From assembly GCF_030028105.1 (NCBI RefSeq), contig NC_092385.1, positions 32,082,774-32,146,773 of the forward strand: a stretch of 64,000 bases of DNA, in the 5' to 3' direction. Positions 38,691 through 50,205 of the stretch are shown here, piece by piece. The notes under the pieces are model-generated. The model saw nothing but the letters and a program-made list of their open reading frames with translations. It did not search any database and was not told where the DNA came from. This DNA is from Mobula birostris. Lineage: Eukaryota. Position 1 is the first letter of the stretch, and each line of letters opens with the position of its first letter. The position numbers were made by a program, and so were the translations under genes.

Positions 38691-39449
38691 TGCTAACCCA
38701 TTATCACAGAAAATCTCCTCCCCACCATTGAGTACTCTACACAGAACACTGGCACAAGAAAACAGCATTGAAATTCAGGGCCCAGTCTAGCTGGCTATTT
38801 GCTAACAATTTCGAACAGAACCTCTAGTACGTTGTGAGTTACGGAGCAGAGGGTACAGGGTTTCTGTCATTCGGTGTCAAAAGTAAATTTTGCAGAATTA
38901 CCGACAGACTCAAAAAAATTGAATATGTCAGCTTAATCCACCTTGCTGAGGTTTGCTAGCATTATATATCAACTTTAAAGTTTTCAAATGTCTCTGAATG
39001 TCAGGCACATTAATAATTTGTTAAAAAATTACTCAACTTGCAGTCACAATGCACACTGAATTTCTCTGCTGGCTGATCAAGCTTTCAACACCTATTTAGA
39101 GCAAACCCTTCATGCAGTGCTGCTGGAAACACCATACCCATTCAGGATATATCCCGTGACTCCAGGATCCTTTAGCCCACTGATACTAGCTTGGTGCCCT
39201 GCATCCTGAACAGGTCAGGGTGCAAATGGTGGACAACTGTGGACAATTCTGAGCATTTAAACTTCCAGTCTGACTTCTAGCAAGCATGGGTTTTTTAAAA
39301 TACTAACAAGTAACCTTATTGGCATAGTAATCTATTTACTGTTTGTGTTCAATTGTTTGATCTCAGCTGTTATAATCATTAAATATTAAGCTTCTCAGTA
39401 GTTGGAAGGAGCAGGATGGTGAGAACAGATGGAGATGAGGCATTGCTGA

Positions 39450-39830
39450 TTCTTGATATTCGTATATTATTCTCACATATACCAAGATCCAGTGAAAAGA
39501 TTGTCTTGCCTACTGTTCATACAGATCAAATCACCACACAGTGCATTGAGCTGGAATAAGGTAAAACAATAACAATACAGAATAAAGTATAAAAGTTACA
39601 GAAAAAGTCAGGTACATGTGAACAATAAAGTGCAAGATCGTAATGTGGTGGACTGTGAAGCCAGGAGTCCAACTTACCAGACACAAGATCAGTTCAAGAG
39701 TCTGATAACAGTGGGATAGAAGCTATCTTTCAGTTTTTTAAAATCTTTTTCCCAATGGGATAGGGGAAATGGGAGAATGTCCAGGCTGGGTGAAGTCTTT
39801 GATTATGCTGGCTGCTTCACAGAAGCAGGG
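39450..39830 (-). mobile_element. Old Rex1/Babar-type 3' fragment
   Basis: GTTCAAGAGTCTGATAACAGTGGGATAGAAGCT and CAGTGAAAAGATTGTCTTGC tail motifs. Confidence 0.5.
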
Positions 39831-40439
39831 TCCCAGAGAGAAACCATATGAATGGACATTTTGCAGTGGGAGCCAGGTTTAGCTTGAATATCCCATGGCT
39901 TAAATTACATAAGGAAACAAATCATCCTTGCTTATGTTTTGAAAGCACAACAATACCCATGGAATCACTTTCTCATAGAGGTCTGCATCTTAAATTAATT
40001 AGCTTGGAGATTAATAAGAAGACTTGGTTGCAATTCCTAGATCAATGCCAGGCTTGCCCACTGTGTTGTAGGAGAGGAGGGCCATGAATGAATTACTGAT
40101 TTCAGCCAAATTGTTAGTCCATGTTTCTCCAAGAAATTCTCCAGCAGATTTCAAATAATTATAGGACGCCACTAACAATAAATAGTCTTGGAGTAAAATG
40201 TTCTATGCGTAAGCCATTAAACCAGACTACAACAGATCTCAAAGAACGCACACACTATTTAATTAGGTGCAAGCAAGTTATCCCAGGGACTCTGACCAAT
40301 TCTTATCTTTCAAACAAAATTACTAAAATAGATTACCTGATTATCAAGCCAAGGAGCTTGCAAGGCCATGTTATTAGCATCAATCGGTTGTATTTAAAAT
40401 CAAAAACCCTTTGTCATCAAACTAATATGTTTACTTTGT

Positions 40440-40528
40440 TTTACTCCCAACGAATGCTGCCTGACCTAATTAATATTTCCAGAATTTTCCGTTTTCATTT
40501 CACATTTCCAACAGCTGCAGTTTTCTTT
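40440..40528 (+). mobile_element. Degenerate PLE 3' terminus
   Basis: ATGCTGCCTGACC....TTCCAGAATTTTCCGTTTT..TTTCCAACAGCTGCAG. Confidence 0.5.
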
Positions 40529-41129
40529 TAAGCTTCTCTGTGGTTGTTGTATTTCCCACATTGCACAACAACCATAATTACAAAGTTCTCTACAGATTGT
40601 AAAATAAGTGGTTATCAACAACTTGTAAATATAAGCCTTCTTATCCACACAAGTGCAATGGCACATTTTTTTACAGAGACTATAGAATCATTCAATTTAA
40701 TTTTATGGGTATTCATGAACAGAGATTTTTTAAAGGAGTCTCTGCCAATAAATTGAGAAACTGAGTTTTCAATGAATTAAACAATAATAAAACATAGTTC
40801 ACACTCCTGAAAAAATACTAGAAGCAATATGTTAGTGGCAATAAACCAAATTCTTGCAATTTACTTTTAAAGAACTACATATTTAGTAACACTGCACTGT
40901 TTTAACAAGCACAGAGATAAAGAACATTTCAATTTGCATGGTTCAAATATTATGCACATTTTCAGCTTCTCTATCAATTTGAAATTGTTTTATGAAATTA
41001 TTTTTCTTTATAATTATATCCTTGTTTAAAAGGATATAATTCATAAAACAATTTGGTAGTAAGCCATCAGTTAAGTTGTTGAACCAACAAACATGGCATG
41101 CAAGTTTATTTCCCACCAGGCCAATGTGG

Positions 41130-41290
41130 AACTTGGTAGTCTCAGGGACGATGACCACATAAAAAACACATTATCAGCTCTTCGTAAAAACCTAACTGGT
41201 TCACTTGGGAGGAAATCAGCTCTCCTTAACTATCTGGCCTATACTGTACTCCAGACACACCACATGTAGTAACTAATATCCCAGCAAACT
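41130..41290 (+). mobile_element. LF-SINE-like SINE core
   Basis: CGTAAAAACCTAACTGGTTCACT..GGAAATCAGC.CTCCTTAAC..TCTGGCCTATA..ACTCCAGAC, recognised from the LF-SINE-type core. Confidence 0.55.
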
Positions 41291-41379
41291 ATTCCGCTGT
41301 ATTGTTACGGCTATGTTCATCTAGGGAAATAATACAACAGGGTACATGTCCAAGAAACAGCAAAGTTGCTCCTTGCAAA

Positions 41380-43345
41380 GTCATCCACACAAGGCAGGTA
41401 GTGAATGAGCCAACACAAGGAACTAACACACTTGACTTTGTTCTCATCTATCAACCTGCTGACATATCACCTATAGAAGCAATGGCTGCAGAGTCCTTAT
41501 GGAAACAATTCCCATTTTCGCACCGAGTACAAACTTTGTTGTGTTATGTGGCAGTTATGCAGAATGAGAGGAATACAAGTTTGGCAGCTTAAAATGGGTA
41601 TCCTGAGGTGCCGTGAACCATCAACAGCATTTAAAATGTACATCACCACAATCTGTGCCCTCACTGCCTGACACATCTCTCACTCCATCATTACATCTAA
41701 AGCAAGACAGCAAACCTCGTTCAGTGGGAAGTGCAGAATGGCTTGCTGGGAGCAACACCAGGTGCTCCTTGAAATGAAGACACCAGCCAATGCAGACACA
41801 GCACCGCACTACTTGCTCGCTAAAGTGTGTAAACACAGCCAGAACTCGGCATCCCCACAACAAACAGAGCAGTTCTAAGCTTTGATTTAGTCATGAACAA
41901 CGGAAGTTATTAAACAGTTATTGGTTGGAGAAGGATCTGAGAACCTCTGCATTCTCAGTGATAGAGAAACGCAGCATGAGAGTGCTGAAGAATGAAGCAC
42001 CTTGAGCCACAATAAATGATACACCTTGCCCAACTCTTAAGATCACCGTCATCACAGCAAGCAATCTTCAGCTACATGATATCAAGGAATGGTTGAGAAC
42101 AATGGAGACAACAAAGACTTTGGGGCCTGAATAATTCCAGTTATAACACTGAAGATCTGTATTTTGTGCCTCCAGCCAAGATGTTGGCGTACAGTTCCAA
42201 CACTAGCATCTATCTAATAATGGAAAATTGCCCAGCTTTATCCTTTTCACAAAAAGGACAAATCTAACTGAGCTAATTAATTCTGCATTGGTCTCCTGTC
42301 AATCATCAGCCAGCTGAGGGCAGATGTCAGTAACACTTTTATAAAACAGTATTTGTACACCATTATGCTGCTCACTGATGTCCAATTTGAGTTCACAATG
42401 GACCAGGCAGCTCAGCACTTCTTCACAGCCTTTCAGACATGCGAGTGAATTTCAGTGGTGAGAGTGAGTGCTGCAACATCCTTGCAGTATCTGACTGAAT
42501 GTGGCATCAAGGAACCCCAATAAAACTGAATCATGATGTGTCAAGGGGAAGCTATTCCAAAGAGTGGAGTTATTCCTCACACAAAGGGAAATGGATCTGG
42601 TTGTTTTGCAACAATTATACCCACCCAAAGAGATCATCGCAGAGCTTCCTCACCACAGTGTCCTAAGCCCATCCATCTTCAGCTGTTTAATCAATGATCG
42701 TCCTTCCATCATAAGGTCAGAAGTGATAAGGTCAATGTTAAATCCTATTGACAATTCCTAAGCAAATGAAACACTATCTGCATGTAGGAATACCTAGAAA
42801 ACCTTCATGCTACAAAAGTGACAGTCAATGCCAATCTTCTATAACAGAGATATCGACCTTAGATATTCAAAGGAATTATCATCACCAGACCCTTCACTAC
42901 CAACACCCTGACTATAAACTCAGCCAAGTCAGCAAAATTAAAACTATGATAACAAGAGAAGAGGTTCAGTGACCTTGCAATGAAGGATTTATTTCCATAG
43001 CCTTTATAATATCACAAGTCAGGAGCATGTTGAAATTGTCTCTATTTGCCTACATAAATGATGCAACATCTGCAAAATGTACTGCAATCACCTACCTATT
43101 CCAAATCTGTGATCTCCACGTGAGAACATGTCATCTGCAAGGTCCTCTAAGTTGCATACTATCCTGAGTTGGAAATTTATTGCTGTTCTGTCATCTTTGT
43201 TGGCTATTAATCCTATAACACCCAACTAAATAGAACTGTGGGCTTATCTTGACCAGAAAGCCATCAGTTTAAAGTGTCTCACCACCACCTTCTCGAGGAT
43301 AAGTGGGGCTGCGCAATATGTGTAGACAGAAATGTCCAGATCCAG
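41380..43345 (+). mobile_element. Old CR1/L2-group LINE (EN C-terminus, RT, 3' end)
   Basis: RQVVNEPTQGTNTLDFVL; degenerate D.VWHQG; ELPHHSVLSPSIFSCLINDRPSIIRSEV (GVPQGS motif); 3' CACCACCACCTTCTCGAGG. Confidence 0.75.
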
Positions 43346-43631
43346 AAATAAACAGGTTTCACAAAAACCATGTCCATCCATAATCTGATCATCCTTCATA
43401 GAAGCTGCATACACACGGTCATACATCTTGCTTAAAAAACCAAGCATGAGGAAGTAACCTTAAACTGGAACTTAATCAAGTCTGTTTATCCCTGCAGACA
43501 TTATTAAGGACTTGTACACTAGAAAAACTGAATGCTTATTTCATATAGCATAAACTGGCTCTTTCCTAAGAAATTACTATGACTGCTAAATTGCTTCCCA
43601 GTTATGTAACTGATGGACTCCAGAGGTGCAA

Positions 43632-43740
43632 CTGATGAAGGGTCTCGGCCTGAAACATCGACTCTACATTTCTCTCTGTAGATTTTGCCTGACCTGCATT
43701 TTTTGTGTGTTACTCTGGATTTCTGGCATCTTGTGCTTAT
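43632..43740 (+). mobile_element. PLE 3' tip beginning at the hammerhead core
   Basis: CTGATGA-AGGGTCTCGGCCT-GAAA-C-ATC-GACT followed by a degenerate PLE terminus. Confidence 0.75.
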
Positions 43741-44029
43741 GTTACACTTCCGCCAGTTTCAAGAATAATCCTCGGACGATACTACATAAGATGCTTCCAG
43801 GAAAGCCATGAGAGTAAAGTTATTTAAATTCTTGTCTCTCAGCTGAAGGAAAAAGAACACTAGAATGGATGTTGCATTGCTTTTGTCTTCCTGACTCTCT
43901 TCCGACAGACTGTTGTGGTTCTGTTCTCTCACATTGCTCACTAGACTGGCAAAAACTAATGGAAATACAGATTGCAATGTTTACAGTGTCAATTCAGTAC
44001 ATTCTGTTTCTATTCAAAATAACCTAGTT

Positions 44030-44215
44030 TCTCTTCTTGAATATATTTTATTATTTGTTAACTTGTTTGTGGTAATATTACTTTATGTGTTGTGTGTTAA
44101 TTATATGTACTGTGCTGTGCACATTGGTCCGGAGGAACGTTGTTTCATTTGACAGTGAACCTGTTTATGGCTGAATGACAATAAACGTGACGCTGAATTG
44201 GACTTTAACTTTCAA
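44030..44215 (+). mobile_element. Rex-type 3' tail
   Basis: GGTCCGGAGGAACGTTGTTTCATT...GAATGACAATAAAC, related to the tails at 23700-23790. Confidence 0.5.
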
Positions 44216-44269
44216 AGTCAGAGCAGCACAATGCAGATGCCAAAATCCCCAGCTAAACCTAGGCGTTTT

Positions 44270-44465
44270 TGTCAGGAATAATAGATGTGGATAGGGTTAT
44301 TGTGATGGAACTGGCTTGAGTCTAGAACCCTCTGAATCCTCATGCAATCCTGTCCACTGTAGGCTCCATACCAAGCTGTGATCCAGCCAGTCAGTATGCT
44401 CTCCACTGTACATCTGTAGAAATTTATAAAATACTTTGTTGACATACCAAATCTCTTCAAACTGA
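44270..44465 (-). mobile_element. Rex1/Babar fragment
   Basis: KRFGMSTKYFINFYRCTVESILTGWITAWYG. Confidence 0.75.
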
Positions 44466-44729
44466 ATGAAGAAGAAACATAGAGTGGAATATGAAACAGA
44501 GCAGGAGGTGATCTTGTTACTGTTTCGTCACTCAGTAAGACTCCAGCTGTCCTTTGACCTTAGAGTCATTTTTCTGCAAAAACACACATTTTCCTTGGTT
44601 CCCCAATATTTAAAATAAATCAATCTCTGTCTCAAAAATACTCCGCAACAGCCTTGTCTGGTAGAAGATTTCATAAACTCATTGTCCTCTGAGTAATGAA
44701 CTTTCTTCTCATTTCTGTCCTAAGATAAC

Positions 44730-45455
44730 ATGTTGGCCTTTATTGCATGGGGATTTCAGCATAGGTACACAGGTACAGAGAAGCCCTGCTCTCTGTGTGT
44801 TTGAAATACCATGTACAGGTGTGGTGCTCCTTTGAAGGAAGCAAAGCCAGATAGATTCCAGGGATGGGTTTCTTATGTAGGGTTCTCAGTAATATTAACT
44901 GTAATGTTAACTGCTAATTATAAAATGGCTTCTCTGAAGTGTAATAATGAAATGGCTTCTTTGCAACGTTAACTATGAGGTAATGTTCTCTGTAGCTGAA
45001 ATGTTTGGGTTATAGTTATAGATAACAGAAAAACTAACCAATAGAAGCTATGTTACTCTATCTGTATGTGTGGGAACCTGGGTGAGTGCGCGGGTTTTTT
45101 CTGGAGGAGAACCGAAGAGGAAGGACGTGCTGGACACGCTCTGGTCGACCAACATGGCTGGTCCCAGGCAGCGGGGATGTGTGAGTTTTTAGCCAGGTGG
45201 CATTACACAGCAACTATGCTAACATGAGACATGGTTTGGCGGGCAGACAGGGTTTCCCCCAGGTAAACACGAGCCGATAGCCCTGAGCGTTACACTCACC
45301 ATACCAGGAAAGATCGAGGAGAAATGAATTCATACTCCCCAAAGTTTTTGAGATTAAGATGTGACCTCACCGCTAAAGTCCAAATTTCCTACAGGACTCA
45401 ACAGGGGTTGAGACTTTTTTCCTGGGTAGGGTGTTGAGAACCAGAAATCAGTCTA
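44730..45455 (+). mobile_element. Old CR1 fragment interrupted by an LTR-like insert
   Basis: ATGTTGGCCTTTATTGCATGGGGA..ATTCCAGGGATG, resuming at 45295 with GGAAAGATCGAGG..; a minus-strand CR1 3' piece lies just upstream (44470-44725). Confidence 0.5.
44876..45294. mobile_element. Putative solo LTR (419 bp)
   Basis: TGTA...TACA termini with an imperfect inverted repeat (TGTAGGGTTCTCAG/CTGAGCGTTACA); flanks CTTA/CTCA (4-bp TSD with 1 mismatch); CCAAT box; CpG-rich 3' half; splits a CR1 fragment. Confidence 0.55.
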
Positions 45456-46358
45456 AGTAAGACTTCAAGCAACTGATGACAAAAAAAATTGATAATTATT
45501 TCATGAACTTTAACCAGATTTCTAAAATACCCATTTGTCTGCATCATCTCCCAGCAGTTGCCTGTGCTATTCCAGGTAATCCAAGGGTGATGCAGCAATA
45601 TTGTTTTCATTTGGAGGCAAATGGGCAGTTGCTTATTTTACAACTAGGTCAGCCCCATCTTTTTACTGATTTCCCAACAGGCCAATCCTTAGTTTTGGTT
45701 CATTTGACATCAACTATAAATTTGCCTTTCATGAGTTTGAATGTTTCTTTAGAGCTACTGATGTACGTACTTACGTGTTCTTCAGTATTTTTCCATCCCA
45801 TTGCATCTTTGTCCTTTCCTTCTTTTTATTTTATCTTCTTCCAAATGGCTCTATTACAGTTCACTTACTGGTACATCTCCAACCAAAGTCCTGCACGTCT
45901 TCCATGGTTTTCCACTTTATTCATTCATTTAATTTAATTTCATCTTCATGTCTGTATCCTTCTTATTCATTATTACTCTCCTTGCACTTCATAACTGCAA
46001 ATACCATTTCTGGTGCATTGCACAAAATAATTTATTGTCCTTGCAACACCACATACCTTCCATTTTAATAACTGCAGAAATTCACTAATATTTTAGATAA
46101 ATATACCAGGTAATGACTTATTCTAGAGTGAAGATGGCAAAATATGAAGCAAGACTAATTTTGTATATCAATAAAAGAACTGTAGGAATTTTGAACTCAA
46201 TTCTAAGCCCAGATTTTACTGCAGCTTCATCTTACCTAAATGGTCAGTAAATAAGATTTTTAAAAAAATTTCTACATAAAGCACTTTTTCATCTTTTAAC
46301 CCATCTAAACTTTAGGATTTTAAAGCATTGAATTTCATCCAACTTTCTTCACACAATT

Positions 46359-46749
46359 CCTCCAAGAAGACCACAGCCATGTTGTGATTTGGAGGCTTGC
46401 ATTCCTCAACGACCTGGAGAGCTATGCTGGCTGGAGTCAGGGCTTTAGGCTCTTGGTAGGGTTACCCATGGGTAGAGGGCAGACTAAGACTGGCCCACTG
46501 GTTCTCCAGGTTCAGCTCAGGGCTAACAATCCTGACTGATAAAACAAAATTGTTACAGAAACAGCAATGAAGAATCCTTCTACATCTGAGTGCAATGGTA
46601 TTCCTGAGCCTCCACCCAGGACCTGTATGACTGACAGCATTGAAAACGGAGAGAAAGCTGCTGACGTGATGAAGGAAGCCCCGAACACTGCCAGAGATGG
46701 AGGACCTGCGTTGCTGCCCTAAACACCAGCAGTGTAGCAGGCAGTGAGG
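46359..46749 (+). mobile_element. Non-autonomous RTE-derived element (5' UTR fused to 3' end)
   Basis: Perfect 14-bp TSD TTCTTCACACAATT (46345-46358/46750-46763); RTE/Expander-like 5' motifs GAGCTATG, TGGTAGGGTTACCCATG, AGACTAAG and GGGCTAACAA; 3' GTTGCTGCCCTA. Confidence 0.8.
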
Positions 46750-46990
46750 TTCTTCACACAATTAATGAGAATTTCAAGGTCAAATATAAAATCAAACGGA
46801 TTGAACTTTCTAGCCGTCACAACCCGGCTGGTATTCTTGGCAATGTGACCAGTTGCTATTAAGCTTCTTAATTTAAATTCATTTCTACATGTCGCTATTT
46901 CAGGACAAATTCAGATACCACAGCTTTGTGCTCAAGCACCTCGCAATGAGAAAGATTGCTTCCCTCCCTCAGCAGCACAGTGTTAAATCC

Positions 46991-47026
46991 AGGGGAAAGC
47001 TTCCTAGGAGGGGAAAGCTTCCTAGG
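46991..47026. repeat. Perfect 18-bp tandem duplication
   Basis: AGGGGAAAGCTTCCTAGG x2. Confidence 0.9.
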
Positions 47027-47074
47027 ATTAAATTTTCAGTATGTTCGGAACTAAAATCAAAGTTGACATGCAGC

Positions 47075-47360
47075 TGTCGTGGTCTGAATGGCTCAGTTGG
47101 TCACATTTTAAACTCTGAATCACAATGTTCTGGCTTCAATTCTCAAGCCAGCACAAAAAATTAGATCACTACTCTACTGCAGTACATAGGCAGCACTGCA
47201 CCAGAGGTACGGTCTTTTTGATGTCACTGAGATACTGACTGCTCTCAGGTTGGTGAAAAAGAACCAGCAAAGATCCCACTTCAGAGAAGGAAGAAAATAA
47301 CTGTTACCTTGGGTGTCTGGCCAATTTTTATTGCATTACTCAACATTATCAAACAAGGCT
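47075..47360 (+). mobile_element. DeuSINE (SacSINE1-like) relic
   Basis: tRNA-like head TGGCTCAGTTGG...CTCTGAATCAC..TTCAA; Deu domain GCACTGCACCAGAGGTACGGTCTTTTTGATG..CTCTCAGG..AAAGATCCCA..GGTGTCTGGCCAAT. Confidence 0.65.
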
Positions 47361-47879
47361 ATCAGATAAGTAACATGTTGTTCCACAGACGCTACTTGGC
47401 TTACTTATTTCCAATATTTTCTGTTTTTGTTCAAATGTATTTCATTGAAATGTACTTTACAATATTCTGAAAGTGAAATGAGAGGTTCTATATAAATGCA
47501 ATTATTTTACGTAGTGGTCAACATCATGCTGGCATAGCAATTCGAGAGTTTATTCTTAGAATTTCTGTTGTCATGCAAATTGAGCTTGATTTGAAGATGC
47601 AACCCTCTCCCCCCGCCCGCTGAAGCTGCGATCTGGAAATCTCACCTACATTGAAGAGCACCAATATGAACTACCTTGATATCAATTTAAATTATGAACA
47701 TTGACCACCTGATCACGCCACACAAAGGGCTGAATGGAATTCAAGTCAGCACTTCTCACCAGCAATACATTTCCCTGAAATGGAACTATATCCCTCAAAA
47801 CATTATTACTTTCAAAAATTATGTTTTTTTAACCATATTTATATAAGATTTTAGAAATATTCAATTGCTTTAGCATGAA

Positions 47880-48135
47880 TCTGTGGTACATTACTCATTC
47901 ATGGAAAGGTTGTGGGTTTAAACATCACATTATAGTTTTTCCATAATCTAGAGTGGCATTTGACTGATTTCAAGAGTATCACACACTCAAAGTGCTGCCT
48001 CTTAGGTGAGGCATTCACATGAGCTTTTGCCTCCTCTGACAGCTTAAAATGATTTTTAAAGATCCCATCTAACAACAGAAGCAATGTTCTCCTGATATCT
48101 TAGCTAATGTTTCCTTATAATAAACTTTACTAAAA
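47880..48135 (+). mobile_element. Degenerate DeuSINE relic
   Basis: AAGGTTGTGGGTTTAAAC head; AAAGATCCCAT..GTTCTCCTGATATCTTAGCTAAT. Confidence 0.45.
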
Positions 48136-48726
48136 ATATTCATTCACCCACACAACAATTCATCAGCCAGTATTTTACATATATGGGAAGATTGGATTTA
48201 GTTTCAGGTTCTTTCTTTCATTTGTATGATCTAATTTGTTAAACTGAACAAATGTTACACAACAATAATACTCTGTACCTCATATCATACTGCATTTCCC
48301 AAACTCTAACATACGTACGTAGGTATAGTTGCTTTTTGTTCCCCGACATGTAAAAGGATTCACTTCTGCTTTTTGTGTCCCATTCACGAGCTTGACAAAG
48401 GCTAATTGATACAGGTTTCACTAACTGGGAAGATCTGGTTGAGGGGTGAGGTTGTACTGTGTTTTAAATACACTGAATTCACTTGTCAGAATGAGAAACC
48501 CAAATTGTGCTGACTGAAAGTAGGTTCTTAGTTCCTCCTACCCCTAGTCACCGGAGTCAGAAGAAAACCAGCTTGGGCAGTCTCAGCAGTTTCTGTTGGG
48601 TGTGGACACACAGCCAAGGAACTACCACACTTCATACTTTGCTGTTGAACTCTGAAGGGATAGAGTGAAAATTGCTGTGTGAAGAAACAGGCACCGTTAC
48701 ACTCCCTTAGTAGGAGCCAAGACACA

Positions 48727-49080
48727 ATGAGGATGCTGTCCAAGTTGCATGCCATCTTGGACAATGTCTCTCATCCATTACATAATGGACTGGCGGGGTA
48801 CAGGAGTATATTCAGCCAGAGACTCATTCCACCGAGATGCAACACAGCGTCATAGGAGGTCATTCCTGCCTGTGGCCATCAAACTTTACAACTCCTCCCT
48901 TGGAGGGTCAGACACCCTGAGCTAATAGGCTGGTCCCGGACTTATTTCATAATTTACTGGCATAATTTACACATTACTATTTAATTATTTATGGTTTCAT
49001 TACTATTTAATTATTTATGATGCAACTGTAATGAAAACCAATTTCCCTCGGGATCAATAAAGTATGACTATGACTACTAT
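48727..49080 (+). mobile_element. Rex1/Babar-type 3' fragment with (TATGAC)n tail
   Basis: RMLSKLHAILDNVSHPLH..SQRLIPPRC..SFLPVAIKLYN; ATCAATAAAGTATGACTATGAC. Confidence 0.85.
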
Positions 49081-49589
49081 GAGTTGTTAGGCATAGCAAT
49101 CTTCACACCTTTCTTATATTTCAAGAATAACTTCCATGTATGGCATTTCTAATGTTGTGAAAGCTCCTGCAGTTCTCATTGGACATGGTTCATGAGCTTC
49201 TGCTTGCATTATCAAAGACTCAGCCTGTTTACATTATAGGGGAGATTCAGCAACAGGGGGCTAACGATTCCACTGAGATTTACACAAGTGCATTTACTCC
49301 AGAACTCCAGTCCTGAGCCTTCAGCACATGTTGTCATTCTAAGCTTTATGAATCTGCCTTGGACCACTTCTAGTGTAGCTGAAAGTCTGCATTAATTAGC
49401 AATGAGGGCAGCCATTTTTAGTCTATGTGAAAGGAACCAATCATTTCTCACCAGTTATGTAGCTGGGATTTAAATACATTGAAACTAACACCCAAATGAC
49501 AGGAGAGCCAGTTACATTCACCCAGAGCAGAGTCAGGTTGACAACATTGATCTAGTTACACGGCACAATAGAATCTGGATTGAGTTTCT

Positions 49590-49770
49590 GACCTTACATC
49601 CAGAGGCCTGAACTGTTGAGTCAGCAACACATTTGATCTGTAACAAAATAGCTGGAAAATTTGAGGACAATTTGTTAAATAGTTAATATCAAAAGTTATA
49701 GCCATTAAGCTGCTATATTGTCAAAGAAACTCAGCTGATTGACACCTTTTTTGGTATAGCCTACATATTT
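49590..49770 (+). mobile_element. Degenerate LF-SINE-like relic
   Basis: ATCCAGAGGCCTGAACT..AGCTGGAAAATTTGA..TTGTCAAAGAAACTCAGCTG. Confidence 0.35.
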
Positions 49771-49837
49771 TGAAATTGTCTCGTACGCCAGAGTTCATGG
49801 GACAACTACGCCCATTGTACATTTACCTCACCAACAG

Positions 49838-50205
49838 GCTCAGTTATATTGTCGTCATCTCGGAGTCAGAAGTTTTCACTTTCAAATCGCACTCCACAAC
49901 TTTAAGCATACATTTCTAGTGAACAGCAAAGAAGTGCTGCAATTTTAAAGGGTCTAGCTTTTCAATGAGAAGCTACACTAAGCTAAGCACCTGCATGTGG
50001 AAATAATGTGCCTTCTCTGTCAAACAGAGACATTTTCTCTAATGCCCTGCCTAATACTTATCTCTGCATCAACAGTAAAGAAACAGAATATATCTTCATT
50101 ATTACCTTACACAATCTGTTTGCTGTATTTCCCACAGAGTGCAAGTACTGTAACTACATTTCTCTGATATAAAGGATTTTGAGAAAGTGAAATATTCAAA
50201 AAAAT
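49838..50205 (+). mobile_element. Near full-length degenerate DeuSINE
   Basis: GGCTCAGTT..CGGAGTCAGAAG..TTCAAATCGCACTCCA head; GAAGTGCTGCA..TTTCAATGAGA core; L2-like tail. Confidence 0.55.
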
